The position numbers were made by a program, and so were the translations under genes. Of a stretch of 64,000 nt of DNA, positions 44,073-57,070 are shown piece after piece. The stretch is taken from contig CAWGKG010000020.1 of assembly GCA_963823035.1 (NCBI GenBank), positions 96,001-160,000 on the forward strand, given 5' to 3'. Position 1 is the stretch's first letter. Every line of letters begins with the position of its first letter. The notes below the pieces were generated by a model. It ran no database searches. It was not told the origin of the DNA and was given only the letters and a program-made list of their open reading frames with translations. The stretch comes from an uncultured Gemmatimonadales bacterium. Lineage in GTDB: Bacteria > Gemmatimonadota > Gemmatimonadetes > Longimicrobiales > Gaopeijiaceae.

Positions 44073-45913
44073 AGGATGATCCGCACCCCGCCCAGATCCT
44101 CGACCCGGTGCGGGAAGCGATCGCCCGGCGTGCCGATGAACATCGCGTTCTTCGCCACGCTGAGGCGCTGGGAGAGGCGCTCGATGAGCTCCGGGCCGAA
44201 CGTTCCGCGCACCGCCAGGAAGTCGATCTTGAGCTGCGGGTAGAGGTGGTCGACCGTTCCGAGCTGTGTGGCCAGATCCGCGGGAATCTCGCCCTCGTTC
44301 TCGTAGACGTTCACGACCTTCATGCGGTTCGTCTGCTCGTTCTTGAGCACGTAGAGTGCGGCCCGGTTCAGCACGGAGATGTCGTCGCCCTTCGTGAAGT
44401 ACACGACCTCGCGGCTGCTGATCTGCTCGATCTTCCCGTAGATCGTGCGCCGGATCCACTCGTTGGCCGCCGTGACGCGGTCGACGAGGGCGCGCGAGAA
44501 GAAGAGCCCGACCCGCAGGATCTCGACGCGGAGGAACATCGCCATCACCGCCGCCAGGCCGATGATATAGTACGTGGCGAAGACCTCCACGTTGAGCGGG
44601 TCGAGGAGGATGTTGCCGAGCAGGCCGATGAGGACGGCGATCAGCGCCATGATCGCGGTGGGCCAACTGGCCCGCACGGAGCGCGGCAGGCGGCCTCGCG
44701 TCTTCTTCAGGAGCATGTTCCCGATCGCATAGAGCGCCATCACGCTCAGGAAGGAGAGCGTATAGACGCCGGCGAGCGTCTCGATGTCCCCGCGCGTGAC
44801 GAACAGGATCGACGTGCACAGGGCGAAGAAGCCGAGGATGATCCAGTGATTCGTCTTCCTCCAGCGGTTCTCCACGAGGAGGAACTGCGGGAGGCACCGG
44901 TCCAGCGACATGCGTCGGACCAGCCCGGTCACGCCGACGTAGCTGGTGAGCACCGCGCCCGAGAGCACGAGCACGGCGTCGAGGCTCACCCACCACCCCA
45001 GCGAGGGACCGGCGGACAGCGTGCCCATCTGGGCCAGGAGGTCGCGCGGCACCTCCTGGATGGTCGCCAGGGGGAGGAGGCCCAGCGCCAGCAGCGCGAT
45101 GAGCGGATTGAACACCGCCACGGCCGCCCACATGTTGCGCAGCGTCTTCGGGAAGACGCCCTCGCGTTGCTCCTCGATGAAGTTCGCCGAGCTCTCGAAG
45201 CCGCTGATGCCCAGCATCGCGGCCGCGAAGCCGAAGAAGAGCGCGCGCAGCACCCCGCGCGGGCTGGGCAGCGCCCAGTTGTGCAGCAGCGTTTCGGGGT
45301 GGCGCGCCACGGCGACCCCCGCCACGACCGCCAGCACGGTCAGCGTCGCCAGGTGGAGGAGGAAGATCCCCAGCGCGACCGCGGCCGACTCGGTGATGCC
45401 CACGATGTTCAGGACGGCGAAGAGGCCGAGAACGCCCACCGTCGCCCAGATGATGTTGATGCCGGCGTAGAGGTTGTGCGTGTAGTGCATCGCCTCGTTC
45501 GCGCTGATCACCGCGGTGGCGATGTAGGACAGCAGCGTCAGGACGGCCGCGCCGGCCGCCAGCCGCTTCCCTGTCGTGTTGAGGAGGACGGTGTAGCTGC
45601 CGCCGTTCAGGGGCAGCGCGCTACCGACCTCGGCGTAGATACGCCGGAAGAAGTACAGCACGACGGCGACGATGACGAGGACCACCGGAGCCAGGGCGCC
45701 GGCCTGCGCGGCGCACAGCGCCGAGACGTAGAGCACGCTGGACGTGATGTCGTTCCCGCAGATGGCGGTGGCGCGCCAGCTTCCCAGCGTGTGCTTGTGG
45801 GCCTGGTCGAGGTGGGATACCGCGGTGGGGCCGGTGCCGAGGTCGGTGATCCTCCTCGCCTCCCCCCAGCCGGCGAAATCCCAGGGCTCTGCAGCGTGCG
45901 TACCGTCGGCCAT
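44069..45913 (-). CDS. APC family amino-acid permease with C-terminal soluble domain
   Basis: AICGNDITSS, LPLNGGSY, ISGFESSANF, DRCLPQFL; multiple TM. Confidence 0.88.
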   Translation of the reverse strand: MADGTHAAEPWDFAGWGEARRITDLGTGPTAVSHLDQAHKHTLGSWRATAICGNDITSSVLYVSALCAAQAGALAPVVLVIVAVVLYFFRRIYAEVGSALPLNGGSYTVLLNTTGKRLAAGAAVLTLLSYIATAVISANEAMHYTHNLYAGINIIWATVGVLGLFAVLNIVGITESAAVALGIFLLHLATLTVLAVVAGVAVARHPETLLHNWALPSPRGVLRALFFGFAAAMLGISGFESSANFIEEQREGVFPKTLRNMWAAVAVFNPLIALLALGLLPLATIQEVPRDLLAQMGTLSAGPSLGWWVSLDAVLVLSGAVLTSYVGVTGLVRRMSLDRCLPQFLLVENRWRKTNHWIILGFFALCTSILFVTRGDIETLAGVYTLSFLSVMALYAIGNMLLKKTRGRLPRSVRASWPTAIMALIAVLIGLLGNILLDPLNVEVFATYYIIGLAAVMAMFLRVEILRVGLFFSRALVDRVTAANEWIRRTIYGKIEQISSREVVYFTKGDDISVLNRAALYVLKNEQTNRMKVVNVYENEGEIPADLATQLGTVDHLYPQLKIDFLAVRGTFGPELIERLSQRLSVAKNAMFIGTPGDRFPHRVEDLGGVRIIL

Positions 45914-46006
45914 CGAAGCTCCCGTGAACGTGCGCGGAAATCGCGGAGAATGTAGCGGAGGAGGGGCCTTCGGGCCCATCGGCGCAGCATCGGCCGGCTC
46001 CTCGAC

Positions 46007-47250
46007 TCAGAAGCCGATGCCCAACCCGGCGCCGAGCGTCCTGCTGGAGGTGAAGCCCAGGTACGGGCGGCCGGAGGCGTCCAGCACGAACCACGCACCC
46101 AGCTCCGCCCCGGCCACGCGCGCGAAGCCCGGATAGATGTTGAGGCCGATGCGGCGATCCGTCCCGGCGTCCCAGGTCAGGCCCGCGAGGAGGATGCCGT
46201 CACGGTCCAGCCAGAGGCCGGCGGAAGGCGCGAACGCGGCGTACTCCAGCGCCGTGTACGGATCCAGCCACCGCTGGCGCGACTGCATGCCCACCGACAC
46301 GCTTACGTCCAATCCGTCGGAGCGCGGGATGGAGAGCCCGCCCTCGACGCCCATCCCCGCGCGCAGGAAGAGACGGGCGCGGTCCGTGAAGGGGATCGGC
46401 GGCTTGAAGACGATGCTCTCCCCGTTGTTCATGAGCAGCCGGTCCGTGAGGGTCACGGACGCTTGCGTCGGCCAGAGCGAGGCGTGCAGCCAACGCGCGA
46501 AGAAGCGCGCCACGAAGTCCTGCTGGAAGAACAGGACGCCGAGCGGGTCGAAGATGTACAGGTCCACCACCGCGCCCGCCGTGCCGTCCGCGACCCCGGG
46601 CTCACCGATGGGCATCTCGTAGGCCTCGTTCACCAACGACGAGGCGTACGTGACGAGCGCGGCGGTCACGCTCGGGAGCGGAACGCCGTGCGCCTCGTTC
46701 CACTCCCGCAGGCGCCGGTAGACGATGCCGCCCTCGACGATGTGGCCGAAGTAGTTGGGTACCCACTGCGAGTTGTTGAACCCGCCTTCGGCGAAGGGTA
46801 CGGCCTGGAACCGCAGCACCTCCTTCCATCCCCCGGCCCTCCTGGCGAGCACGCCCGGATGGTCCAACGAGGCCTTCACCGCGCTCCAGCCGTAAGGGTA
46901 GTCGAAGAGGTTGCGCCCCCTCCCCTCCCACTGGGAGATCGCGAAGCCCTTGTTGAAGAGCACGTCCAGCGGTCCGGCATAGGCGTCGGTGCCGTACGCG
47001 CGGCCGTGATAGAAGAAGGGGCCACGGTCAGCAGCGGAGTCGGCGCGCGCCGCGGGTGGAGCCGGCGGCGGCGCGGCGGACTGGACATGACACGCCAGCG
47101 CGCCGAGCGAGAGGAGGAGGGCTGTCGCGCGCCGGCGGCGGCGGGGCCGGGTCGGGCTCCGTCGGACGTAGGACGGCGGTCGCGCGCCGGGCTCACGATC
47201 CGGCGGGCGCCGTCAGGGTCGAGCTGTGGCGGGTAGAGTCGATCTCGCAC
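46007..47250 (-). CDS. Hypothetical protein, possibly outer membrane (5' part frameshifted; start uncertain)
   Basis: ORF 46007..46963 continues upstream as FFYHGRAYGTDAYAGPLDV; NYFGH..GG, NEAYE; terminal Phe (GLGIGF). Confidence 0.55.
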
Positions 47251-47301
47251 GAGCGGCGTCGATGTCCTGGGCAGGCGACAACGTCTGTCGCGGCTCTCAA
47301 C

Positions 47302-49916
47302 CTACCCCGGCCCGCCCTCCGAAAGAAGGGCTCGCGCCTGGTCGATCCGCCGTCGCACGCCCGGATCGAGGGGCTTGCCGCCCGCCCCCAGCGAGGTCTC
47401 CATCTCATCGAGGTGGGCCATGGCCTCGGCGCTCCTCGCCGTGTCGGATCAGGAGATCGACCAGGGAGAGCCGGGTCGAGATCGTGCGGGGATGGTCCGC
47501 CCCCACCGCCTCCGTCGAGACGCGCACCGCCTTCTCGTAGTCCGCCAGCGCCCCGTCCGGGTCGCCGAGCACGTCCTCGACCGACGCCACGCGGGCCCAC
47601 AGCATCGCGACGTCCTGGTGCACCGGACCGTAGAGCCCCTCGAGGATGGTCTCGGCTCGCCGGAAGTGGGCGAGCGCATCCGCCGGACGGTCGGTGCGCG
47701 CCTCGACGTCGCCGAGCACGCGCAACGTCGCGGCCACGCTCTCGTGTCTGGGCCCGAACAGCGCGGTGCGGATGTCGAGGGCCTCCAGGAGCAGGGACTC
47801 CGCCTCCTGGGTCCGCCCGAGCGGGACGAGCTCGTTGGCGAGCAGCGTCATGCTCTGCGCGACCGAGGGGTGGCGGGGCCCGAAGAGCCGCCTTCCGTCG
47901 CTCGAGGAGCTCTCGGTGCTCCCGCGCGGCTGCCGCGTGATCGCCGCGCGTGCTCTCCATCGCGGCGAGGTTGCTCTGCACGATGAGCGTGCGCTGGTGG
48001 TCCGGCCCCAGGATCTTCCGGAAGCGGGCCAGCGCCTGCCGGGACATGTCGACGGCCCCGTCCAGATCTCCCATCCGGTAGAGCACGACCGCGAGGTTGC
48101 TCATGGTCGTCGGCACGCCCACGTGGGCTTCGCCGAGGAAGCGGCGACGCATCGACAGGGACTCGCGGTAGAGCCCGGCCGCCTCCCCGTAGTCCCCGGC
48201 CGCTTCGCGCACGACGCCGAGGTCGTTGAGCGCCCGGGCCAGGCGGGGGTCGCCTTCCTCCGGAAACGCCTTCCGGCCCAGTGCAACCGACTCGCGGAGC
48301 ACCCGCTCCGCCTCGGCCTCGTCCCCGCGTTCGTGCAGGATCCAGCCCAGCACGTCGAGCGACGCTGCCACGTCGGCCTCCTGCGGCGTCGGCAGGCCGC
48401 GCCGCAGATCCAGGGCGCTCCTCGCCAGCGGCTCGGCGCGGTCCAGAACCCCCAGCTTGTCGTAGCCCTCGGCCAGGACGGCCATCATCTCGGCGCGCGT
48501 CTCGAGGTCGGGATAGGCCCCTTCCAGGTTCGACGCCCGGCGATCCAGCAGCTCGCGCGCCGTGACGGTGTCGCCCGTCGGCTCGTCGGGCCCCGTGGCG
48601 CTGAACATCTCCAGGAGGAAGGCCTGCGCCTGGAGCGCCTTGTCGCGCTCCCGCGAGACGCGCGCCGACTGCTCGCGGATGCGGCCGTTCTGGCGGAGGG
48701 TCATGGCGGTGGAGCCGCCGAGCAGGAGGATGAAGGCCGCGGCCGTGGCCACGGCCAGCGGGCGGCGGGTGACGAGCTTCCCGGCCCGGTAGGTCAGCGT
48801 CGGCCTGCGCGCGCTCACGGTGTGCCCGGCGAGGTGGCGGCCGACGTCCTCCGAGAGGGCGAGGACGGAGGCGTAGCGCTCGCCCGGCTCGCGGCGGACG
48901 GCTGTGAGCACGACGGTGTCGAGGTCACCGGCCAGGGCGCGCCGCAGATGCGGCCGCGTCGCCCCCACCGCAACGCTGGGAGGGACGGGGTCCGACTCGA
49001 GGACCCGCCGCTCCGTCTCGCCGCGGCTCTCGCCCTCCTTCCTGAAAGGGTGCGTGCCGGTGAGGAGCTCGTAGAGAAGGACTCCGAGCGCGTGGACGTC
49101 GCAGGCCGTGGTGATCGGCAGGCCCAGGATCTGCTCGGGCGCGGCGTATGCCGGGGTGAGTAGCCGTGTCTCGGGGCGGGTGTGGCCGCTCCGGTCGCCG
49201 TCCGCGTCGAGGATCTTGGCTGTGCCGAAGTCCAGCAGCTTGGGCGCCCCGCCCGACGTCACCAGGATGTTGGCGGGCTTGATGTCCCGGTGGACCACCA
49301 GGCTTCGGTGCGCGTGGTCGACTGCGGAGCAGACCGTGCGGAACAGGCGGAGCCGCTCGACGAGCGTCAGCCCCCGCTCGTCGCAGTAGCGCAGGATGGG
49401 CACGCCGTCGACGTGCTCCATCACGAAATAGGGCAGGCCCTCCTCGGTGGCGCCGACGTCGCTGAGCGCGGCGATGTTGGGGTGCCTGAGGTTCGCGAGG
49501 ATCTGCCGTTCCGTACGGAATCGGCGGATCACGTCCTCGGTATCGAGTCCGCGCCGAACCACCTTGAGCGCCACCCTGTGCCGGAAGTCCTCCGCCTCCC
49601 GCTCGGCCAGGTAGACCTGACCCATACCGCCCCGGCCGAGTGAGCCCACGATCCGATAGGGGCCGATGCGCTCGGGCAGGGGTGGCGAGGCCTCGTCGTC
49701 GGCCTCCTGGTCGGCCGGCCACCCCGGCGTGCGGTCGAGGAAGTCGGGCTCCTCGGTGCTCTCCGCCAGGAGGCTCTCCACCTCGCGGCGCACGTCGGGA
49801 TCGTCCGTGCAGGCGCGGTCCAGGAAGTCCGGGCGCTCCTCGGCCGGTAGCACGAGCGAGCGAGCGAGGATCTCCTCGACACGCGCCCACGCGTCGCGGG
49901 TCATCCCGTGGCTCAC
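47302..49916 (-). CDS. Hanks-type Ser/Thr protein kinase with TM and TPR repeats (frameshifts near 47890 and 47430)
   Basis: LGRGGMGQVY, VALK, HPNIA, HRDIKPANIL, LLDFG, TPAYAAPEQ; TM; kinesin-light-chain-like TPRs (GPDHQRT). Confidence 0.92.
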
Positions 49917-50527
49917 GACGACGCGCCCTTCCGCTCGCCCCGGCCGGGCGCCGGGCCGCGCAACTCGCGCCGGAGCCAGAAGCGGGCGGCGGTCCAGGCG
50001 CGGCGCACGGTCACGGCGGACGTCCCCATCACCTCGGCGATCTCCTCGTAGGTGAGTCCCCCGAAGAAGCGGTAGGTGACCACGTCGGCGCCGCGCTCGT
50101 TGAAGGCCTTGAGCCGCTCGAGGGCCTCGTCGAGGGCAAGGACGTCGATGGCGTCCCCCTCCCCGGGCCCGCCCGCGAGGCCGTGGAAAGGGACGTGCTC
50201 GGCACCACCACCCCGCTTCCGCGCGTTCCGCATCTCGGCGTAGTTCACGAGGATGCGCCGCATCGCCTGCGAGGCCACCGCGTAGAAGTGCGCCCGGTTC
50301 TGCCAGTGGACGTGCCGCTGATCCACCAGCCGGAGGTACGCCTCGTGGACGAGCGCGGTCGTATTGAGCGTGTGGTCGTCGCGTTCCCGGCGGCGCCGGC
50401 TGCGCGCGAGCCGGCGGAGCTCGCCGTAGACGAAGGGGAAGACCCGGTTGAGCGCGTCGACGTTGCCGGCGCTCGCATCCGAAAGCAGCTGGGTGAGGTC
50501 CTCGGCGGGTGTCTCTGGCTTGGTCAT
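49913..50527 (-). CDS. ECF-type RNA polymerase sigma factor (kinase-associated family)
   Basis: VYGELRRLA, HTLNTTALVHEAYLRL, NRAHFYAVA, RFFGGLT.EEIA, AR.WL. Confidence 0.92.
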   Translation of the reverse strand: MTKPETPAEDLTQLLSDASAGNVDALNRVFPFVYGELRRLARSRRRRERDDHTLNTTALVHEAYLRLVDQRHVHWQNRAHFYAVASQAMRRILVNYAEMRNARKRGGGAEHVPFHGLAGGPGEGDAIDVLALDEALERLKAFNERGADVVTYRFFGGLTYEEIAEVMGTSAVTVRRAWTAARFWLRRELRGPAPGRGERKGASS

Positions 50528-50737
50528 CGCCCGCGGGTAGCTAGGGGGGGCGGCGCTCGGCGCCTTCGGCGCGGCGGGGGTCGGCGCCGAGCGCCTGACG
50601 TCTTGCAATAGGGGGAGCGCCCCCCGGGGGTCAAGGACCGTGGTCTCGGCGACCCGATGATCACTTTCGCCGCGTTTTCCTGCGTAGGTCTGCGAGAGGG
50701 TCCGTACCCCCTCGAGACTCCCCTGCCCGGAGAACCG

Positions 50738-53700
50738 ATGCGAGCCCGAGACCACAGGACCGCGCGCGCCTGGACGCTACGCCTTCCAGCCCTGTTTCTC
50801 ACCGCGGCCCTGGCCGGCTGCGGCGACAGCAGCCCGTCCGACACGGGCCCCACACCCACCTCGGTGGCCGCGGCGGCCGGAGACGCCCAGACGGCCACCG
50901 TGGGCCAGCTGCTCGGCACGGCCCTCGCGGTGGTCGTGACCGGGTCGGACGGGCAGCCGTACCAGGGCGCCGCGGTGTCCTGGCAGGTGGCGTCGGGAGG
51001 AGGCTCGATCTCGCCCGCGTCGTCGCAAACGGACACCCAGGGGCAGGCCACGGCCCAGTGGACGCTCGGCACGGGCGCCGGCGCCCAGACCGCGACCGCC
51101 ACCGTCCAGGGGCTTCAGCCCGTGACGTTCTCGGCCACCGGCACGCCGGGTTCGGCCGCGCAGGTGGTGGTGACCCCCGGGTCGGCCACCATCGACGCGT
51201 TGCAGGGAACCCTCCAGCTCGACGCCGAGCTCCAGGACGCGTTCGGCAACGCGATCCCGGGCGCCACCTTCACCTGGAGCTCGAACGACGAGTCCGTGGC
51301 GACCGTGGACGCGAGCGGGCTGGCCATGGGCGTCGCGGTGGGCACCGCCCAGGTGAGCGCGGAGGCGGACGGAGAGGGCGTCGGCGGGAGCGCGGCGGTG
51401 GAGGTGCGGCAGGTGCCCGCCAGCGTGGCGATCACACCGGCGGACCCGCAGGTGACGTTGGGCGGCACGTTGCAGCTCGCCGCGGAGGTGAAGGACGCGA
51501 ACGGGAACGACCTCCCGAGCCCGGACGTCACGTGGACGTCCGCCGACGAGTCGATCGCGACCGTCGACGCGGACGGGCTGCTCGAAGGTGTGGCCGAAGG
51601 GCAGGTGGACGTCACCGCCGCGAGCGGGACGGCCAGTGGGAGCACCACCGCGGCGGTCATCCTCGAGGCGGACGACTTCGAGCCGAGCACCGACATGGAC
51701 ATCGGCGGGCAGATGACGGTCGGGAAGCTCACCGTTCCGGCGGGCGTCACCCTCACCGTCACGTCGGACCTGACGCTCACGGCGCTCGAGGACATCGACG
51801 TGCAGGGAACGATCACCGGTGACTGCGTCCAGATCACGGTGCAGGGGCGGGCGGCCGCGACGTACGCCGGCACGGTGAGCAACGCCTGCTCCGCCGAGAG
51901 CGAGGACGACCTCCCCGACGTGGTGCTGGTGAACGACGGCGCGCTCACGGTGGATGGGGCCGCCTTCACGTACGCGGGCGACGTCGAGATCAAGAACAAC
52001 CCCACCGTGACGCCCGACGACTTCGTCGATCTCGAGGGCGTGGCCGCGCGGAGCGGCAGCCGCGGCACCGCTGGACCCGCTGGACCCGCATTGGCGCCCG
52101 GCGGGGGTCCGTGCATCGTGATCGGGGGGACGTTCGCGCCCGCCTCGCCCGCGGGCCGGACCGGGTCGGACGGCACCAGCGCCGGTGCGGGGGGCGGCAA
52201 CGCCGGGGACGTCAGGCTCACCTGCGACGGCGACCTCCAGATAAGCGGAGGATCGACGGTCGAGGGGCGCAGCGGTGGCGACGGCGGCGACGGCATGAAC
52301 GCCGATCCGAGCTCGGACGACGCGAGCACCCGCGGCGGCGACGGCGGCGACGGCGGTGACGTCGACGTGCGTGCCACCGGCGACATCACGTTCGACGACG
52401 CCGGCGGCGGCACGACGATCACGCTCACCAACGGCGGCAACGGCGGCGACGCCACCATCCTCGGCAAGGACCCAGGCGGGAGCGCGACGGCCACGGGCGG
52501 CGACGGCGGCGATGGCGGCAACACGCACGTGTCGGCCGGCGGATCGATCACGATCGATCCGGGCGGGCTCACCCTCGTGGTGGGGAAGGGCGGTGACGGC
52601 GGGGAGGCGATCGCCAATGCCGGCAACGGGAAGGACGCGGACGCCGCCGCGGCGACACCCGGGGGGGGCGCCACGGCCACCGGCGGCGCGGCGGGCCACT
52701 CGGTGCTCGGTACGCTGCGTGCGCGCGGCGCGGTGAACGGGCGCGGCAACATCGTGGTGACGGGGGGAGACGGCGGCCGGGGTGGTGACGCCACCGCGGT
52801 GGGAGGAAAGGGCGGGGATGGCAACCTGACGTTCCCCGACGGCGCGGGCGGCGGCGCCATGGCGGCGCACGGCGGGAAGGGCGGCGACGCCCGCACGAAG
52901 GACATCACCGGCACCACGGTCGGGACGAGCGGGGACGGCGGGGACATCCGCGTGGTCAACGGCCGCGGCGGCGACGGCGCGGACCGCTGCTCGATTCCCG
53001 ACAGCGGTGGCTCCGGCGGGGACGGCGGCTCGGCTGCGGGCGCGCCGGGTGACGGCGGCGGCGGCGACAACCCCGGGATGAAGGGGAAGATCACCGTGGC
53101 CGAAAACACCGGGAACGCCGGCGACGGGATGAACGGGAACGGGCCCGGAAGCGGCGGCAGCGCCGGCGCCGACGACCTCGCGACCGGCTTCGACCGGACC
53201 GACGAAGGGCTCTTCACCTTCCAGAACGGGGTCGACGGCGCCGACTGCCCCGCGGGGACGAAGCGCGAGGCCAGGATCCGATTGAGCGCCGTGGAGAACA
53301 CGAGCGGAAACGTGCCCTTCGGCACGCAGACGCTCCCGCTCGACGACGTCGAGACGGACGAGCAGCTGGGTACCGTGCCCCTCACCACGGTGGGCTCGTC
53401 CGGCAACCACTACTGGGGGAGCAGCCCCGACCGCATCGGCGTTTCGGGCGGCAACGGCTTCGCCGTCGAGCTGGCGGAGCTCCAGCTGACGGGCGTCGAC
53501 CCGTTCCAGGTGCAGGACGCGCGAGGTCTGCGTCACCAACACCTTCGGCGTGACGCCGTCCAACCCGATCACGCTCGAGCGGCGCGACGCCGATGGGGTG
53601 ACGCTGGCGAACACGGAGATCGGCGATCCGTCCGCCGGCGGCGGATGCACCAGCTTCGGCATCGAGGCCGGCACGGCGGTCCTCGTCTTGATGGCGCCGT

Positions 53701-53759
53701 CCGGGGCCGTGGTGGACTTCCGCGACCTCGTGTTCGGTCTGTTCGGCGTGTTCCCCTGA
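50738..53759 (+). CDS. Large lipoprotein with Ig-like (Big_1/Big_2) domains and Gly-rich repeats (frameshift near 53520)
   Basis: Lipobox LAGC; TDTQGQATAQWTLG; WSSNDESVATVDASG and WTSADESIATVDADG; repeated GGDGGDGG. Confidence 0.82.
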
Positions 53760-53784
53760 CCGCGGGGCGCTGAACCAAGGAGGG

Positions 53785-53815
53785 TGGGGCGTCGGGCGGC
53801 GCCCCATTTCCTCTT
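53785..53815 (+). terminator. Putative intrinsic terminator
   Basis: Stem TGGGGCGTCG / CGGCGCCCCA followed by TTTCCTCTT, 26 nt after the stop. Confidence 0.55.
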
Positions 53816-53842
53816 GCGCAAGAACATACCATACGGTATAGT
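53814..53842 (+). promoter_or_regulatory. Sigma70-like promoter with overlapping palindrome
   Basis: TTGCGC-17-TATAGT; ATACC-ATAC-GGTAT palindrome at 53826-53839. Confidence 0.6.
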
Positions 53843-53890
53843 AGGTCAACGACGCGACGCTCAACCCCCGTCCAAGGAGGAGGGTGCCCC

Positions 53891-54772
53891 ATGTCGACGC
53901 TCACACGGTTGCATCGCGCGGCGTTCGTGGCCGCTCTGCTCGCCGCCGTCCTTTCCACGCCGGCGCGTGCGCGGGCCCAAAGCGGGGTGCAGGTCCGGCT
54001 CGCCGAACCGGGCGAGGTCCAGGAACTCCGCCTCGCCGACGGCTCGGCGCTGATCGGGCGTGTGGTCGAGGTGGGAGACCCCATCCGCTTCGAGCTCGTC
54101 TCGGGCGGGGTCGTCGAGGTGCGTCCGGCGCAGGTCCGGGGCCTGCGCACCGTGAAGGGCGACATCCACGACGGGGAGCTCTGGTCTCCCGACCCGAGCT
54201 CGAACCGCCTCTTCTTCGGGCCGACGGCCCGGATGATCGGCGCCGGACATGGCTATCTGGCGGTGTTCGAGGCGATCTTCCCGTCGGTTTCCGTGGGGTT
54301 GACCGACCGTGCGACGATCGGGGCGGGGACGCTGCTGATCGGCGACCTGGGGACGGACAGGCCCTTCTGGTTCGTGCCGAAGGTCCAGGTGGTCGCGCTG
54401 GAGCAGGTGGCGGTCTCCCTCGGCGCCCTGGCGATCGTGGGTGGCGACGACACCGCCGGCATCCTGTACGGGGTCGCGACGCTGGGAGCGCCGGACCACG
54501 CCGTCACTATGGGGCTGGGCTACGGTTGGGTGAATGACGAACTGGCGAACACGCCCGCCATCCTCGTGGGTGGGGAGGCCCGTGTGGCGAAGGGCGTGAA
54601 GCTGATCACGGAGAACTACCTGATCCCCACGGGGGACGGAGACTCCGCGGTGCTCCTTTCCGCTGGACCCAGGTTCTTCAACGAGCGACTGAGCGCCGAC
54701 CTCGGGATCGCGGTGTCCGCTACGGGCGGCGGTGGCTTCTTCCCGCTCGTGAACTTCGTCTACAACTGGTGA
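53891..54772 (+). CDS. Exported hypothetical protein, probable outer-membrane beta-barrel
   Basis: AAGGAGG RBS; signal peptide; amphipathic strands; C-terminal VNFVYNW. Confidence 0.7.
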   Translation: MSTLTRLHRAAFVAALLAAVLSTPARARAQSGVQVRLAEPGEVQELRLADGSALIGRVVEVGDPIRFELVSGGVVEVRPAQVRGLRTVKGDIHDGELWSPDPSSNRLFFGPTARMIGAGHGYLAVFEAIFPSVSVGLTDRATIGAGTLLIGDLGTDRPFWFVPKVQVVALEQVAVSLGALAIVGGDDTAGILYGVATLGAPDHAVTMGLGYGWVNDELANTPAILVGGEARVAKGVKLITENYLIPTGDGDSAVLLSAGPRFFNERLSADLGIAVSATGGGGFFPLVNFVYNW

Positions 54773-54778
54773 GGCGCC

Positions 54779-56461
<1,683 letters not shown>

Positions 56462-56601
56462 GGTCGTGCTTCGCGGTGGAGGTCCTCGGGACGGGTGGGG
56501 GGAGAATCTAGCAGGAGGTCCCCACCGGGTGTACGGCCGGGGGCCGCGGGCCCGGCACGCCACCGGCGGAACACCGCGGTGGAGAGGGGGCGGTTCGGAG
56601 G

Positions 56602-57048
56602 CTACCGCGCCGGTGGGTGGCGCAGCCGGAGCGCCCGCGGTGTGATCCGGTAGGGCGGAGGCTCCCCGCGGGCTCCGAGCTCCAGGCGCAGCTCACCGTG
56701 GTTGCGGAGCTCCACCAGTCCGCGGTACACGGCCGAGTCGCCCCCCATCCGGATCCGAAGCCGTAGCTCGTTGGGGTAGCCCTCGACGAGCGTGTAGGCG
56801 AACTCCTGTCGTGAGCTGTCCACGACCCGGTAGCCCAGGTCGTCGGAGCCGAAGTGGTACACCACGTTGCCGCCCCCCCCGTCGTCGCCGAGCCACGTCC
56901 CCGACAGGAGGCTCGCGGTCCGGGGCGTCGCGTCGAGGCGCCCGAGCGAGATCGCCGCGACCAGCCCCAGGGCCGCGAAGATCGCGAGCGCCATCCAGGC
57001 CGCCGCCCGCTCCTTCCGGGCATCGCCGATCCCTCTCACCTCGTCCAT
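56602..57048 (-). CDS. Small membrane-anchored hypothetical protein
   Basis: One TM followed by LSGTW and beta-rich segments; start uncertain. Confidence 0.55.
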   Translation of the reverse strand: MDEVRGIGDARKERAAAWMALAIFAALGLVAAISLGRLDATPRTASLLSGTWLGDDGGGGNVVYHFGSDDLGYRVVDSSRQEFAYTLVEGYPNELRLRIRMGGDSAVYRGLVELRNHGELRLELGARGEPPPYRITPRALRLRHPPAR

Positions 57049-57070
57049 GGCCGAAGCGTAGCGGGGGCGC

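Noticed and set aside
52150..53260. Mycobacterial PE-PGRS gene or horizontal transfer
   Set aside because: No PE domain. The N-terminus is a lipobox plus Ig domains, and composition matches the surroundings.
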